Source: Euprymna scolopes (lineage: Eukaryota). Taken from it: DNA of 64,000 nucleotides. The stretch is taken from assembly GCA_053919585.1 (NCBI GenBank), contig JBSSHM010000055.1; one strand, written 5' to 3'. A program made the position numbers and the translations under genes. Within the stretch, counting starts at the first letter, position 1, and each line of letters starts with the position of its first letter. The notes under the pieces were generated by a model. The model had not been told where the DNA came from. It saw nothing but the letters and a program-made list of their open reading frames with translations, and ran no database searches. This document shows, piece after piece, positions 41,691 to 55,400 of this stretch.

Positions 41691-44600
41691 GAATAGTGAA
41701 TAGTCAGATTATGTATTGATATCGTTTTTGTATTATTCTGTTGATTAGTGAATAGTCAGATTATGTATTGATATCGTTTTTGTATTATTCTGTTTAATAG
41801 TGAATAGTCAGATTATGTATTGATATCGTTTTTTTATTATTCCTTTGAATAGTGAATAGTCAGATTATGTATTGATATCGTTTTTGTATTTTTCTGTTAG
41901 ATAGTTTATAGTAAGATTATGTATTGATATCGTTTTTGTATTATTTCGTTGAATAGTGAATAGTCAGATTATTTATTGATATCGTTTTTGTATTATTCCG
42001 TTGAATAGTGAATAGTCAGATTATGTATTGATATCGTTTTTGTATTATTCCGTTGAATAGTGAATAGTCAGATTATTTATTGATATCGTTTTTGTTTATG
42101 CCTTTTAATAGTGAATAGTCAGATTATGTATTGATATCGTTTTTATATTATTCCGTTGAATAGTGAATAGTCAGATTATGTATTGATATCGTTTTTGTAT
42201 TTTTCTGTTGAATAGTGAATAGTCAGATTATGTATTGATATCGTTTTTGTATTATTCTGTTGAATAGTGAATAGTAAGATTATGTATTGATATCATTGGT
42301 GTATTATTCCGTTGAATAGTGAATAGTAAGATTATGTATTGATATCGTTTTTGTATTATTCTGTTGAATAGTGAATAGTCAGATTATGTATTAATATCGT
42401 TTTTGAATTATTCTGTTGAATAGTGAATAGTAAGATTATGTATTGATATCGTTTTTGTATTATTCTGTTGAATAGTGAAGAGTCAGATTATGTATTAATA
42501 TCGTTTTTGTATTAATCCTTTGAATAGTGAATAGTAAGATTATGTATTGATATCATTGTTGTATTATTCCGTTGAATAGTGAATAGTCAGATTATGTATT
42601 TATATCGTTTTTGTATTTTTCTGTTGAATAGTGAATAGTCAGATTATGTATTGATATCGTTTTTGTATTATTCTGTTGAATAGTGAATAGTCAGATTATG
42701 TATTGATATCATTGTTGTATTATTCTGTTGAATAGTGAATAGTCAGATTATGTATTGATATCGTTTTTGTATTTTTCTGTTGAATAGTGAATAGTCCGAT
42801 TATGTATTGATATCGTTTTTGTATTATTCCGTTGGAAAGTGAATAGTAAGATTATGTATTGATATCGTTTTTGTATTATTCTGTTGAATAGAAAATAGTA
42901 AGATTATGTATTGATATCGTTTTTGTATTATTCCGTTGAATAGTGAATAGTCAGATTATGTATTGATATCGTTTTTGCATTATTCCGTTGAATAGTGAAT
43001 AGTAAGATTATGTATTGATATCGTTTTTGTATTATTCCGTTGAATAGTGAATAGTCAGATTATTTATTGATATCGTTTTTGTTTATGCCTTTTAATAGTG
43101 AATAGTCAGATTATGTATTGATATCGTTTTTGTATTATTCCTTTGAATAGTGAATAGCAAGATTATTCTTTGATATCGTATTTGTATTATTCTGTTGAAT
43201 AGTGAATAGTAAGATTATATATTGATATCGTTTTTTTATTATTCCGTTGAATAGTGAATAGTCAGATTATGTATTCATATCGTTTTTGTATTTTTCTGTT
43301 GAATAGTGAATAGTAAGATTATGTATAGATATTGTTTTTGTATCATTCTGTTGATTAGTGAATAGTCAGATTATGTATTAATATTGTTTTTGTAATATTT
43401 CGTTGAATAGTGAATAGTCAGATTATGTATTGATATCGTTTTTGTATTTTTCTGTTGAATAGTGAATAGTAAGATTATGTATTGATATCGTTTTTGTAAT
43501 ATTCTGTTGAATAGTGAATAGTCAGATTATGTATTGATATCGTTTTGGTATTATTCTGTTGAATAGTGAATAGTCAGATTATGTATTAATATCGTTTTTG
43601 TATTATTCTGTTGAATAGTGAATAGTCAGATTATGTATTGATATCGTTTTTGTATTATTCCGTTGAATAATGAATAGTCAGATTATGTATTGATATCGTT
43701 TTAGTATTATTCCTTTGAATAGTGAATAGTCCGATTATGTATTGATATCATTGTTGTGTTATTCTGTTGAATAGTGAATAGTCAGATTATGTATTGATAT
43801 CGTTTTTGTATTATTCTGTTGAATAGTGAATAGTAAGATTATGTATTGATATCATTGTTGTATTATTCCGTTGAATAGTGAATAGTAAGATTATGTATTG
43901 ATATCGTTTTTGTATTATTCTGTTGAATAGTGAATAGTCAGATTATGTATTAATATCGTTTTTGAATTATTCTGTTGAATAGTGAATAGTAAGATTATGT
44001 ATTGATATCGTTTTTGTATTATTCTGTTGAATAGTGAAGAGTCAGATTATGTATTAATATCGTTTTTGTATTAATCCCTTGAATAGTGAATAGTAAGATT
44101 ATGTATTGATATCATAGTTGTATTATTCCGTTGAATAGTGAATAGTCAGATTATGTATTTATATCGTTTTTGTATTATTCTGTTGAATAGTGAATAGTCA
44201 GATTATGTATTGATATCGTTTTTGTATTATTCTGTTGAATAGTGAATAGTCAGATTATGTATTGATATCATTGTTGTATTATTCTGTTGAATAGAGAATA
44301 GTCAGATTATGTATTGATATCGTTTTTGTATTTTTCTGTTGAATAGTGAAAAGTCCGATTATGTATTGATATCGTTTTTGTATTATTCCGTTGGAAAGTG
44401 AATAGTAAGATTATGTATTGATATCGTTTTTGTATTATTCTGTTGAATAGAAAATAGTAAGATTATGTATTGATATCGTTTTTGTATTATTCCGTTGAAT
44501 AGTGAATAGTCAGATTATGTATTGATATCGTTTTTGTATTATTCTGTTGAATAGTGAATAGTCAGATTGTGTATTGATATCATTGTTGTATTATTCTGTT

Positions 44601-45689
44601 GAATAGTGAATAGTCAGATTATGTATTGATATCGTTTTTGTATTATTCTGTTGAATAGTGAATAGTCAGATTATGTATTGATATCATTGTTGTATTATTC
44701 TGTTGAATAGTGAATAGTCAGATTATGTATTGATATCGTTTTTGTATTATTCTGTTGAATAGTGAATAGTCAGATTGTGTATTGATATCGTTTTTGTATT
44801 ATTCCGTTGAATAGTGAATAGTCAGATTATGTATTGATATCGTTTTTGTATCTTTCTGTTGAATAGTAAATACTCAGATTATGTATTGATATCGTTTTTG
44901 TATTATTCTGTTGAATAGTGAATAGTAAGATTATGTATTGATATCGTTTTTGTATTATTTCGTTGAATAGTGAATGGTCAGATTATTTATTGATATCGTT
45001 TTTGTATTATTCCGTTGAATAGTGAATAGTAAGATTATGTATTGATATCGTTTTTGTATTATTCCGTTGAATAGTGAATAGTCAGATTATTTATTGATAT
45101 CGTTTTTGTTTATGCTATTTAATAGTGAATAGTCAGATTATGTATTGATATCGTTTTTATATTATTCCGTTGAATAGTGAATAGTCAGATTATGTATTGA
45201 TATCATTTTTGTATTTTTCTGTTGAATAGTGAATAGTAAGATTATGTATTGATATCGTTTTAGTATTATTCCGTTGAATAGTGAATAGTCAGATTATGTA
45301 TTGATATCGTTTTTGTATTATTCCGTTGAATAGTGAATAGTCAGATTATGTATTGATATCATTGTTGTATTATTCTGTTGAATAGTGAATAGTCAGATTA
45401 TGTATTGATATCGTTTTTGTATTATTCCGTGGAATAGTGAATAGTCAGATTATGTATTGATATCGTTTTTGTATTATTCTGTTGAATAGTGAATAGTAAG
45501 ATTATGCGTTGATATCGTTTGTGTATTATTCCGTTGAATAGTGAATAGTCAGATTATTTATTGATATCGTTTTTGTATTATTCCGTTGAATAGTCAATAG
45601 TCAGATTATGTATTGATATCGTTTTTGTATTATTCTGTTGAATAGTGAATAGTCAGATTATGTATTGAAATCGTTTTTTTATTATTCCT

Positions 45690-47520
45690 TTGAATAGTGA
45701 ATAGTCAGATTATGTATTGATATCGTTTTTGTATTATTCTGTTGAATATTGAATAGTCAGATTGTTTATTGATATCGTTTTTGTATTATTCCGTTGAATA
45801 GTGAATAGTCAGATTATGTATTGATATCGTTTTTGTATTATTTCGTTGAATAGTGAATAGTCAGATTATGTATTGATATCGTTTTTTATTATTCCTTTTA
45901 ATAGTGAATAGTCAGATTATGTATTGATATCGTTTTTGTATTATTCCGTTGAATAGTGAATAGTCAGATTATGTATTGATATCGTTTTTGTATTATTCTG
46001 TTGAATAGTGAATAGTCAGATTATGTATTGATATCGTTTTTGTATTATTCTGTTGAATAATGAATAGTCAGATTATGTATTGATATCGTTTTTGTATTAT
46101 TCTGTTGAATAGTGAATGGTCAGATTATGTATTGATATCGTTTTTGTATTATTCTGTTGAATAGTGAATAGTCAGATTATGTATTGATATCGTTTTTGTA
46201 TTGTTCCGTTTAATAGTGAATAGTCAGATTATGTATTGATATCGTTTTTGTATTATTCCGTTGAATAGTGAATAGTCAGATTATGTATTGATATCGTTTT
46301 TGTATCATACTGTTGAATAGTGAATAGTCAGATTATGTATTGATATCGTTTTTGTATTATTCCGTTGAATAGTGAATAGTCAGATTATGTATTGATATCG
46401 TTTGTGTATTATTCCGTTGAATAGTGAATAGTCCGATTATGTATTGATCTCATTGTTGTATTATTCTGTTGAATAGTGAATAGTCAGATTATGTATTGAT
46501 ATCGTTTGTGTATTATTCTGTTGAATAGTGAATAGTCAGATTATGTATTGATATCGTTTTTGTATTATTCTGTTGAATAGTGAATAGTCAGATTATGTAT
46601 TGATATCGTTTTTGTATTATTCCGTTGAATAGTGAATAGTCAGATTATGTATTGATATCGTTTTTGTATTATTCCGTTGAATAGTGAATAGTCAGATTAT
46701 GTATTGATATCGTTTGTGTATTATTTCGTTGAATAGTGAATAGTCAGATTATGTATTGATATCGTTTTTTTATTATTCCGTTGAATAGTGAATAGTCAGA
46801 TTATGTATTGATATCGTTTTTGTATTATTCTGTTGAATATTGAATAGTCAGATTGTTTATTGATATCGTTTTTTATTATTCCGTTGAATAGTGAATAGTC
46901 AGATTATGTATTGATATCGTTTTTGTATTATTTCGTTGAATAGTGAATAGTCAGATTTTGTATTGATATCGTTTTTTATTATTCCTTTTAATAGTGAATA
47001 GTCAGATTATGTATTGATATCGTTTTTGTATTATTCCGTTGAATAGTGAATAGTCAGATTATGTATTGATATCGTTTTTGTATTATTCTGTTGAATAGTG
47101 AATAGTCAGATTATGTATTGATATCGTTTTTGTATTATTCTGTTGAATAGTGAATAGTCAGATTATGTATTGATATCGTTTTTGTATTATTCTGTTGAAT
47201 AGTGAATAGTCAGATTATGTATTGATATCGTTTTTGTATTATTCTGTTGAATAGTGAATAGTCAGATTATGTATTGATATCGTTTTTGTATTGTTCCGTT
47301 TAATAGTGAATAGTCAGATTATGTATTGATATCGTTTTTGTATTATTCCGTTGAATAGTGAATAGTCAGATTATGTATTGATATCGTTTTTGTATCATAC
47401 TGTTGAATAGTGAATAGTCAGATTATGTATTGATATCGTTTTTGTATTATTCCGTTGAATAGTGAATAGTAAGATTATGTATTGATATCGTTTGTGTATT
47501 ATTCCGTTGAATAGTTAATA
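45690..47520. repeat. 21-monomer (1,090-1,091-bp) tandem duplication unrelated in variants to the downstream HOR
   Basis: gaatattgaa...gattgttt is at 45744/46835 (offset 1,091) and tatcatac at 46303/47393 (offset 1,090). Confidence 0.88.
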
Positions 47521-49429
47521 GTCAGATTATGTATTGATATCGTTTTTTTATTATTCCTTTGAATAGTGAATAGTCCGATTATGTATTGATATCATTGTTG
47601 TATTATTCTGTTAAATAGTGAATAGTCAGATTATGTATTGATATCGTTTTTGTATTATTCCGTTGAATAGTTAATAGTCAGATTATGTATTGATATCGTT
47701 TTTTTATTATTCCTTCTAATAGTGAATAGTCCGATTATGTATTGATCTCATTGTTGTATTATTCTGTTGAATAGTGAATAGTCAGATTATGTATTGATAT
47801 CGTTTGTGTATTATTCTGTTGAATAGTGAATAGTCAGATTATGTATTGATATCGTTTTTGTATTATTCTGTTGAATAGTGAATAGTCAGATTATGTATTG
47901 ATATCGTTTTTGTATTATTCCGTTGAATAGTGAATAGTCAGATTATGTATTGATATCGTTTTTGTATTATTCCGTTGAATAGTGAATAGTCAGATTATGT
48001 ATTGATATCGTTTTTGTATTATTCTGTTGAATAGTTAATAGTCAGATTATGTATTGATATCGTTTTTGTATTATTCCGTTGAATAGTGAATAGTCAGATT
48101 ATGTATTGATATCGTTTGTGTATTATTTCGTTGAATAGTGAATAGTCAGATTATGTATTGATATCGTTTTTTTATTATTCCGTTGAATAGTGAATAGTCA
48201 GATTATGTATTGATATCGTTTTTGTATTATTCTGTTTAATAGTGAATAGTCAGATTATGTATTGATATCGTTTTTTATTATTCCGTTGAATAGTGAATAG
48301 ACAGATTATGTATTGATATCGTTTTTGTATTATTCCGTTGAATAATGAATAGTCAGATTATGTATTGATATCGTTTTTTTATTATTCCTTTGAATAGTGA
48401 ATAGTCCGATTATGTATTGATATCGTTTTTGTATTATTCCGTTGAATAGTGAATAGTCAGATTATGTATTGATATCGTTATTGTATTATTCTGTTGAATA
48501 ATGAATGGTCAGATTATGTATTGATATCGTTTTTGTATTATTCCGTTGAATAGTGAATAGTCAGATTATGTATTGATATCGTTTTTGTATTATTCCGTTT
48601 TATAGTGAATAGTCAGCTTATGTATTGATATCGTTTTTGTATTATTCTGTTGAATAGTGAATAATCAGATTATGTATTGATATCGTTTTTGTATTATTCT
48701 GTTGAATAGTGAATAGTCAGATTATGTATTGATATCGTTTTTGTATTATTCCGTTGAATAGTGAATAGTCAGATTATGTATTGATATCGTTTGTGTATTA
48801 TTCCGTTGACTAGTTAATAGTCAGATTATGTATTGATATCGTTTTTTTTTTATTCCTTTGAATAGTGAATAGTCCGATTATGTATTGATATCATTGTTTT
48901 ATTATTCTGTTGAATAGTGAATAGTCAGATTATGTATTGATATCGTTTTTGTATTATTCCGTTGAATAATGAATAGTCAGATTATGTATTGATATCGTTT
49001 TTGTATTATTCCTTTGAATAGTGAATAGTCCGATTATGTATTGATATCATTGTTTTATTATTCTGTTGAATAGTGAATAGTCAGATTATGTATTGATATC
49101 GTTTTTGTATTATTCTGTTGAAAAGTGAATAGTCAGATTATGTATTGATATCGTTTTTGTATTATTCTGTTGAATAGTGAATAGTCAGATTATGTATTGA
49201 TATCGTTTTTGTATTATTCTGTTGAAAAGTGAATAGTCAGATTATGTATTGATATCGTGTTTGTATTATTCTGTTGAATAGTGAATAGTCAGATTATGTA
49301 TTGATATCGTTTTTGTATTATTCTGTTGAATAGTGAATAGAAAGATTATGTATTCATATCGTTTGTGTATTATTCTGTTGAATAGTGAATAGTCAGATTA
49401 TGTATTGATATCGTTTTTGTATTATTCTG

Positions 49430-52400
49430 TTGAATAGTGAATAGTCATATTATGTATTAATATCGTTTTTGTATTATTCCTTTTAATAGTGAATAGTAAG
49501 ATTATGTATTGATATCGTTTTTGTATTATTCCATTTGAATAGGGAATAGTCAGATTATGTTTTGATATCGTTTTTGTATTATGCTGTTGAATTGTGAATA
49601 GTTAGATTATGTATTGATATCATTGTTGTATTATGCTGTTGAATAGTTAATAGTCAGATTATGTATTGATATCGTTTTTGTATTATTCCGTTGAATAGTG
49701 AATAGTCAGATTATGTAATGATATCGTTTTTGTATTATTCAGTTGAATAGTGAATAGTCAGGTTATGTATTGATATAGTATTTGTATTATTCCGTTGAAT
49801 AGTGAATAGTAAGATTATGTATTGATATCGTTTTTGTATTATTCCGTTGAAGAGTGAATAGTCAGATTATGTATTGATATCGTTTTTGTATTATTCCGTT
49901 GAATAGTGAATAGTCAGATTATGTATTGATATCGTTTTTGTATTATTCTGTTGAATAGTGAATAGTCAGATTATGTATTGGTATCGTTTTTGTATTATTC
50001 TGTTGAATAGTGAATAGTCAGATTATGTATTAATATCGTTTTTGTATTATTCCGTTGAATAGTGAATAGTCAGATTATGTATTGATATCGTTTTTGTATT
50101 ATTCCGTTGAATAGTGAATAGTAAGATTATGTATTAATATCGTTTTTGTATTATTCCGTTGAATAGTTAATAGTAAGATTATGTATTGATATCGTTTTTG
50201 TATTATTCCGTTGAATAGTCAATAGCAGGTTATGTATTGATATCGTTTTTGTATTATTCCGTTGAATAGTGAATAGTCAGATTATGTAATGATATCGTTT
50301 TTGTATTATTCCGTTGAATACTGAATAGTCAGGTTATGTATTGATATCGTTTTTGTATTATTCTGTTGAATAGTGAATAGTAAGATTATGTATTGATATC
50401 GTTTTTGTATTATTCCTTTGAATAGTGAATAGTCAGATTATGTATTGATATCGTTTTTGTATTATTCCGTCGAATAGTGAATAGTCAGATTATGTATTGA
50501 TATCGTTTTTGTATCATTCCGTTGAATAGTGAATAGTAAGATTATGTATTGATATCGTTTTTGTATTATTCCTTTGAATAGTGAATAGTCAGATTATGTA
50601 TTGATATCATTGTTGTATTATGCTGTTGAATAGTTAATAGTAAGATTATGTATTGATATCGTTTTTTATTATTCCGTTGAATAGTGAATAGTACGATTAT
50701 GTATTGATATCATTGTTGTATTATTCTGTTGAATAGTGAATAGTCAGATTATGTATTGATATCGTTTTTGTATTATTCTGTTGAATAGTGAATAGTCAGA
50801 TTATGTATTGATATCGTTTTTGTATTATTCTGTTGAATAGTGAATAGTCAGATTATGTATTGATATCGTTTTTGTATTATTCTGTTGAATAGTGAATAGT
50901 CAGATTATGTATTAATATCGTTTTTGTATTATTCCTTTTAATAGTGAATAGTAAGATTATGTATTGATATCGTTTTTGTATTATTCCATTTGAATAGGGA
51001 ATAGTCAGATTATGTATTGATATCGTTTTTGTATTATGCTGTTGAATTGTGAATAGTTAGATTATGTATTGATATCATTGTTGTATTATGCTGTTGAATA
51101 GTTAATAGTCAGATTATGTATTGATATCGTTTTTGTATTATTCTGTTGAATAGTGAATAGTCAGATTATGTATTGATATCGTTTTTGTATTATTCCGTTG
51201 AATAGTGAATAGTCAGATCATGTATTAATATCGTTTTTGTATTATTCTGTTGAATAGTGAATAGTCAGAATATGTATTGATATCGTTTTTGTATTATTCC
51301 GTTGAATAGTGAATAGTCAGATTATGTAATGATATCGTTTTTGTATTATTCAGTTGAATAGTGAATAGTCAGGTTATGTATTGATATAGTATTTGTATTA
51401 TTCCGTTGAATAGTGAATAGTAAGATTATGTATTGATATCGTTTTTGTATTATTCCGTTGAAGAGTGAATAGTCAGATTATGTATTGATATCGTTTTTGT
51501 ATTATTCCGTTGAATAGTGAATAGTCAGATTATGTATTGATATCGTTTTTGTATTATTCTGTTGAATAGTGAATAGCCAGATTATGTATTGATATCGTTT
51601 TTGTATTATTCTGTTGAATAGTGAATAGTCAGATTATGTATTAATATCGTTTTTGTATTATTCCGTTGAATAGTGAATAGTCAGATTATGTATTGATATC
51701 GTTTTTGTATTATTCCGTTGAATAGTGAATAGTAAGATTATGTATTAATATCGTTTTTGTATTATTCCGTTGAATAGTGAATAGTAAGATTATGTATTGA
51801 TATCGTTTTTGTATTATTCCGTTGAATAGTGAATAGCAGGTTATGTATTGATATCGTTTTTGTATTATTCCGTTGAATAGTGAATAGTCAGATTATGTAA
51901 TGATATCGTTTTTGTATTATTCCGTTGAATACTGAATAGTCAGGTTATGTATTGATATCGTTTTTGTATTATTCTGTTGAATAGTGAATAGTAAGATTAT
52001 GTATTGATATCGTTTTTGTATTATTCCTTTGAATAGTGAATAGTCAGATTATGTATTGATATCGTTTTTGTATTATTCCGTCGAATAGTGAATAGTCAGA
52101 TTATGTATTGATATCGTTTTTGTATCATTCCGTTGAATAGTGAATAGTAAGATTATGTATTGATATCGTTTTTGTATTATTCCTTTGAATAGTGAATAGT
52201 CAGATTATGTATTGATATCATTGTTGTATAATGCTGTTGAATAGTTAATAGTAAGATTATGTATTGATATCGTTTTTTATTATTCCGTTGAATAGTGAAT
52301 AGTACGATTATGTATTGATATTATTGTTGTATTATTCTGTTGAATAGTGAATAGTCAGATTATGTATTGATATCGTTTTTGTATTATTCTGTTGAATAGT

Positions 52401-52480
52401 GAATAGTCAGATTATGTATTGATATCGTTTTTGTATTATTCTGTTGAATAGTGAATAGTCAGATTATGTATTGATATCGT
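49430..52480. repeat. Tandem duplication of a 28/31-monomer block, apparent progenitor of the 21-mer HOR
   Basis: ccatttgaatagggaatag is at 49531 and 50986 (offset 1,455 = 28x52-1). aagag is at 49850 and 51461 (offset 1,611, three extra monomers in copy 2). Confidence 0.9.
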
Positions 52481-55400
52481 TTTTGTATTAATCCGTTGAA
52501 TAGTGAATAGTAAGATTATGTATTGATATCGTTTTTGTATTATTCCGTTGAAGAGTGAATAGTCAGATTATGTATTGATATCGTTTTTGTATTATTCCGT
52601 TGAATAGTGAATAGTCAGATTATGTATTGATATCGTTTTTGTATTATTCTGTTGAATAGTGAATAGCCAGATTATGTATTGATATCGTTTTTGTATTATT
52701 CTGTTGAATAGTGAATAGTCAGATTATGTATTAATATCGTTTTTGTATTATTCCGTTGAATAGTGAATAGTCAGATTATGTATTGATATCGTTTTTGTAT
52801 TATTCCGTTGAATAGTGAATAGTAAGATTATGTATTAATATCGTTTTTGTATTATTCCGTTGAATAGTGAATAGTAAGATTATGTATTGATATCGTTTTT
52901 GTATTATTCCGTTGAATAGTGAATAGCAGGTTATGTATTGATATCGTTTTTGTATTATTCCGTTGAATAGTGAATAGTCAGATTATGTAATGATATCGTT
53001 TTTGTATTATTCCGTTGAATACTGAATAGTCAGGTTATGTATTGATATCGTTTTTGTATTATTCTGTTGAATAGTGAATAGTAAGATTATGTATTGATAT
53101 CGTTTTTGTATTATTCCTTTGAATAGTGAATAGTCAGATTATGTATTGATATCGTTTTTGTATTATTCCGTCGAATAGTGAATAGTCAGATTATGTATTG
53201 ATATCGTTTTTGTATCATTCCGTTGAATAGTGAATAGTAAGATTATGTATTGATATCGTTTTTGTATTATTCCTTTGAATAGTGAATAGTCAGATTATGT
53301 ATTGATATCATTGTTGTATAATGCTGTTGAATAGTTAATAGTAAGATTATGTATTGATATCGTTTTTTATTATTCCGTTGAATAGTGAATAGTACGATTA
53401 TGTATTGATATTATTGTTGTATTATTCTGTTGAATAGTGAATAGTCAGATTATGTATTGATATCGTTTTTGTATTATTCTGTTGAATAGTGAATAGTCAG
53501 ATTATGTATTGATATCGTTTTTGTATTATTCTGTTGAATAGTGAATAGTCAGATTATGTATTGATATCGTTTTTGTATTATTCCGTTGAATAGTGAATAG
53601 TAAGATTATGTATTGATATCGTTTTTGTATTATTCCGTTGAAGAGTGAATAGTCAGATTATGTATTGATATCGTTTTTGTATTATTCCGTTGAATAGTGA
53701 ATAGTCAGATTATGTATTGATATCGTTTTTGTATTATTCTGTTGAATAGTGAATAGCCAGATTATGTATTGATATCGTTTTTGTATTATTCTGTTGAATA
53801 GTGAATAGTCAGATTATGTATTAATATCGTTTTTGTATTATTCCGTTGAATAGTGAATAGTCAGATTATGTATTGATATCGTTTTTGTATTATTCCGTTG
53901 AATAGTGAATAGTAAGATTATGTATTAATATCGTTTTTGTATTATTCCGTTGAATAGTGAATAGTAAGATTATGTATTGATATCGTTTTTGTATTATTCC
54001 GTTGAATAGTGAATAGCAGGTTATGTATTGATATCGTTTTTGTATTATTCCGTTGAATAGTGAATAGTCAGATTATGTAATGATATCGTTTTTGTATTAT
54101 TCCGTTGAATACTGAATAGTCAGGTTATGTATTGATATCGTTTTTGTATTATTCTGTTGAATAGTGAATAGTAAGATTATGTATTGATATCGTTTTTGTA
54201 TTATTCCTTTGAATAGTGAATAGTCAGATTATGTATTGATATCGTTTTTGTATTATTCCGTCGAATAGTGAATAGTCAGATTATGTATTGATATCGTTTT
54301 TGTATCATTCCGTTGAATAGTGAATAGTAAGATTATGTATTTATATCGTTTTTGTATTATTCCTTTGAATAGTGAATAGTCAGATTATGTATTGATATCA
54401 TTGTTGTATAATGCTGTTGAATAGTTAATAGTAAGATTATGTATTGATATCGTTTTTTATTATTCCGTTGAATAGTGAATAGTACGATTATGTATTGATA
54501 TTATTGTTGTATTATTCTGTTGAATAGTGAATAGTCAGATTATGTATTGATATCGTTTTTGTATTATTCTGTTGAATAGTGAATAGTCAGATTATGTATT
54601 GATATCGTTTTTGTATTATTCTGTTGAATAGTGAATAGTCAGATTATGTATTGATATCGTTTTTGTATTATTCCGTTGAATAGTGAATAGTAAGATTATG
54701 TATTGATATCGTTTTTGTATTATTCCGTTGAAGAGTGAATAGTCAGATTATGTATTGATATCGTTTTTGTATTATTCCGTTGAATAGTGAATAGTCAGAT
54801 TATGTATTGATATCGTTTTTGTATTATTCTGTTGAATAGTGAATAGCCAGATTATGTATTGATATCGTTTTTGTATTATTCTGTTGAATAGTGAATAGTC
54901 AGATTATGTATTAATATCGTTTTTGTATTATTCCGTTGAATAGTGAATAGTCAGATTATGTATTGATATCGTTTTTGTATTATTCCGTTGAATAGTGAAT
55001 AGTAAGATTATGTATTAATATCGTTTTTGTATTATTCCGTTGAATAGTGAATAGTAAGATTATGTATTGATATCGTTTTTGTATTATTCCGTTGAATAGT
55101 GAATAGCAGGTTATGTATTGATATCGTTTTTGTATTATTCCGTTGAATAGTGAATAGTCAGATTATGTAATGATATCGTTTTTGTATTATTCCGTTGAAT
55201 ACTGAATAGTCAGGTTATGTATTGATATCGTTTTTGTATTATTCTGTTGAATAGTGACTAGTAAGATTATGTATTGATATCGTTTTTGTATTATTCCTTT
55301 GAATAGTGAATAGTCAGATTATGTATTGATATCGTTTTTGTATTATTCCGTCGAATAGTGAATAGTCAGATTATGTATTGATATCGTTTTTGTATCATTC

